A DNA stretch of 64,000 bases from Fibrobacteria bacterium (lineage in GTDB: Bacteria > Fibrobacterota > Fibrobacteria > UBA11236 > JADFYW01), in the NCBI GenBank assembly GCA_015232855.1, contig JADFYW010000001.1, positions 56,830 through 120,829 on the forward strand, given 5' to 3'. Shown piece after piece: positions 63,050 to 64,000 of this stretch (position 1 is the stretch's first letter; each line of letters begins with the position of its first letter). Position numbers and translations under genes: made by a program. Below the pieces are notes generated by a model, which was given only the letters and a program-made list of their open reading frames with translations, searched no databases and was not told where the DNA came from.

Positions 63050-64000
63050 TTAAAAATCTATAGCCACAACTCTCAATTGAATGGTACGTCTATTAATATA
63101 GTAATTCCATTCGGGATAAAAGGCAAGATTAAGTGGTTGACCAGGCCTTAATTGGCTGGCTATATGTCCCATACCAAAAGCAATAACCGGATAGTGCACC
63201 TTACCATCAGAGACAACACATTTCAAGTGTTCTTCTCCGACAACCCTGGCATTTCCTTTTAAGGATACATCTTTAACAAAAAACAGAGGTGACTCATTAC
63301 CAGGTCCAAAAGGTTCAAAACGCTTGAGCCATACTAAATTATCATCTGTTATATCAGCAAGGGTTACACATATATCAGGAGCAAACGACTTCTTGGTGGA
63401 CACTTCTTTAAAAAAGGACTCTGCAGTCTCGTTTATTTTATGTCGAAAAGAATCGATGTTTTCAGGTCTTATTGACAACCCGCAGGCAGCATGGTGTCCA
63501 CCCCATTGCTCCAGCGTATCTCCACAGTGTTTTAGCGCTTTATAAAGATTAAAATTATTAAAAGAACGCCCGGAACCCCTCGCAATAGCTCCCGTAATAG
63601 AAATAATAAAAACCGGCCGACAATACTTTTCAGATAATTTAGCAGCAGTTATTCCAATAACACCTTCATGCCACTTTTCTGAGGCAAGTACATAACAACT
63701 GTTATCAGTATCAGTATATTGAGATTCAATAAGAGATACTGCCTCCGCAAAAATAGCTTTATCCAACAATTTACGTTTTTCATTAAGCCCACTAATTACC
63801 GACATCAACTGATCTGATTCGGTATTATTATCCGTATCAAGGAGTTTAAAAGACAACATCGGCGAATCCAACCTGCCTGGTGCATTAAGAAGAGGTGAAA
63901 TTTTAAACAGAACATCAGTTGACGCCAACTCCTTCTTGTGTAAAGAAACGCTTTTTAACAGTCGGGACAAACCAGGATGCTGAGTAACTTGTAAGAGGCG
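63050..64000 (-). CDS. recJ: single-stranded-DNA-specific exonuclease RecJ; 5' end lies beyond the right window edge
   Basis: ...SPLLNAPGRLDSP..., ...WGGHHAACGLSI... (DHHA1 GGH motif). The frame stays open through 64000 (upstream codons read RLLQVTQHPGL...). Confidence 0.88.
   Translation of the reverse strand, partial: RLLQVTQHPGLSRLLKSVSLHKKELASTDVLFKISPLLNAPGRLDSPMLSFKLLDTDNNTESDQLMSVISGLNEKRKLLDKAIFAEAVSLIESQYTDTDNSCYVLASEKWHEGVIGITAAKLSEKYCRPVFIISITGAIARGSGRSFNNFNLYKALKHCGDTLEQWGGHHAACGLSIRPENIDSFRHKINETAESFFKEVSTKKSFAPDICVTLADITDDNLVWLKRFEPFGPGNESPLFFVKDVSLKGNARVVGEEHLKCVVSDGKVHYPVIAFGMGHIASQLRPGQPLNLAFYPEWNYYINRRTIQLRVVAIDF

Noticed and set aside
1-64000. Search for CRISPR arrays, cas genes, restriction-modification, toxin-antitoxin pairs, retrons, prophage or integrative elements.
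   Set aside because: None found. The only HTH/XRE gene (17820..18113) has no adjacent toxin. The only transposase-like gene is the operon-embedded RayT.

Overview
This is an AT-rich chromosomal segment with about 60 protein genes and one tRNA. All calls come from reading the supplied translations and the DNA by eye; no database or HMM search was possible.

**Likely organism.** It looks like an uncultivated member of the Fibrobacteres-Chlorobi-Bacteroidetes (FCB) superphylum. Support: a secreted enzyme with a type IX secretion (T9SS) C-terminal sorting domain, a PorV/PorQ-like outer-membrane barrel, long-form IspG and single-chain PurL. It also carries flagellar-regulon signals: FlgM behind a textbook sigma-28 promoter.

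**Housekeeping genes recognised.** pntAA-pntAB-pntB (pntB runs off the left edge), dgkA, tas, hsp20, pyrC, plsC, rnr, gmk, purL, tRNA-Arg(CCT), ispG, folB and recJ (runs off the right edge).

**Envelope and signalling content.**
- Two porin-like barrels.
- A TetR / outer-membrane protein (OMP) / MMPL / LolA-like cassette.
- A receptor-like Hanks kinase with extracytoplasmic leucine-rich repeats (LRR) and a C-type lectin domain.
- A six-gene envelope cluster (28152-34803) built from CsgG/HfaB-like modules, TPR, beta-barrels and an LRR lipoprotein. An operon-embedded IS200-like HUH (RayT-type) gene interrupts it.
- An operon (55776-60234) headed by a STAS / acidic disordered region / TM / 3xPEGA protein.
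- Two further single-domain STAS proteins, a hybrid histidine kinase, and glycosyltransferases.

**Absent.** I saw no CRISPR array, integrase, prophage or recognisable defence genes.

**Most noteworthy.**
- The two uncharacterised envelope operons.
- The domesticated-looking RayT.
- A second sigma-28 promoter in front of an unknown membrane protein.
- A sigma-54 promoter on hsp20.
- CTGAnnn heptamer arrays and long inverted repeats inside the MMPL operon.
- An unlisted 56-aa B-box-like zinc-finger ORF after recJ.
- A probable non-AUG start on the STAS-PEGA gene.
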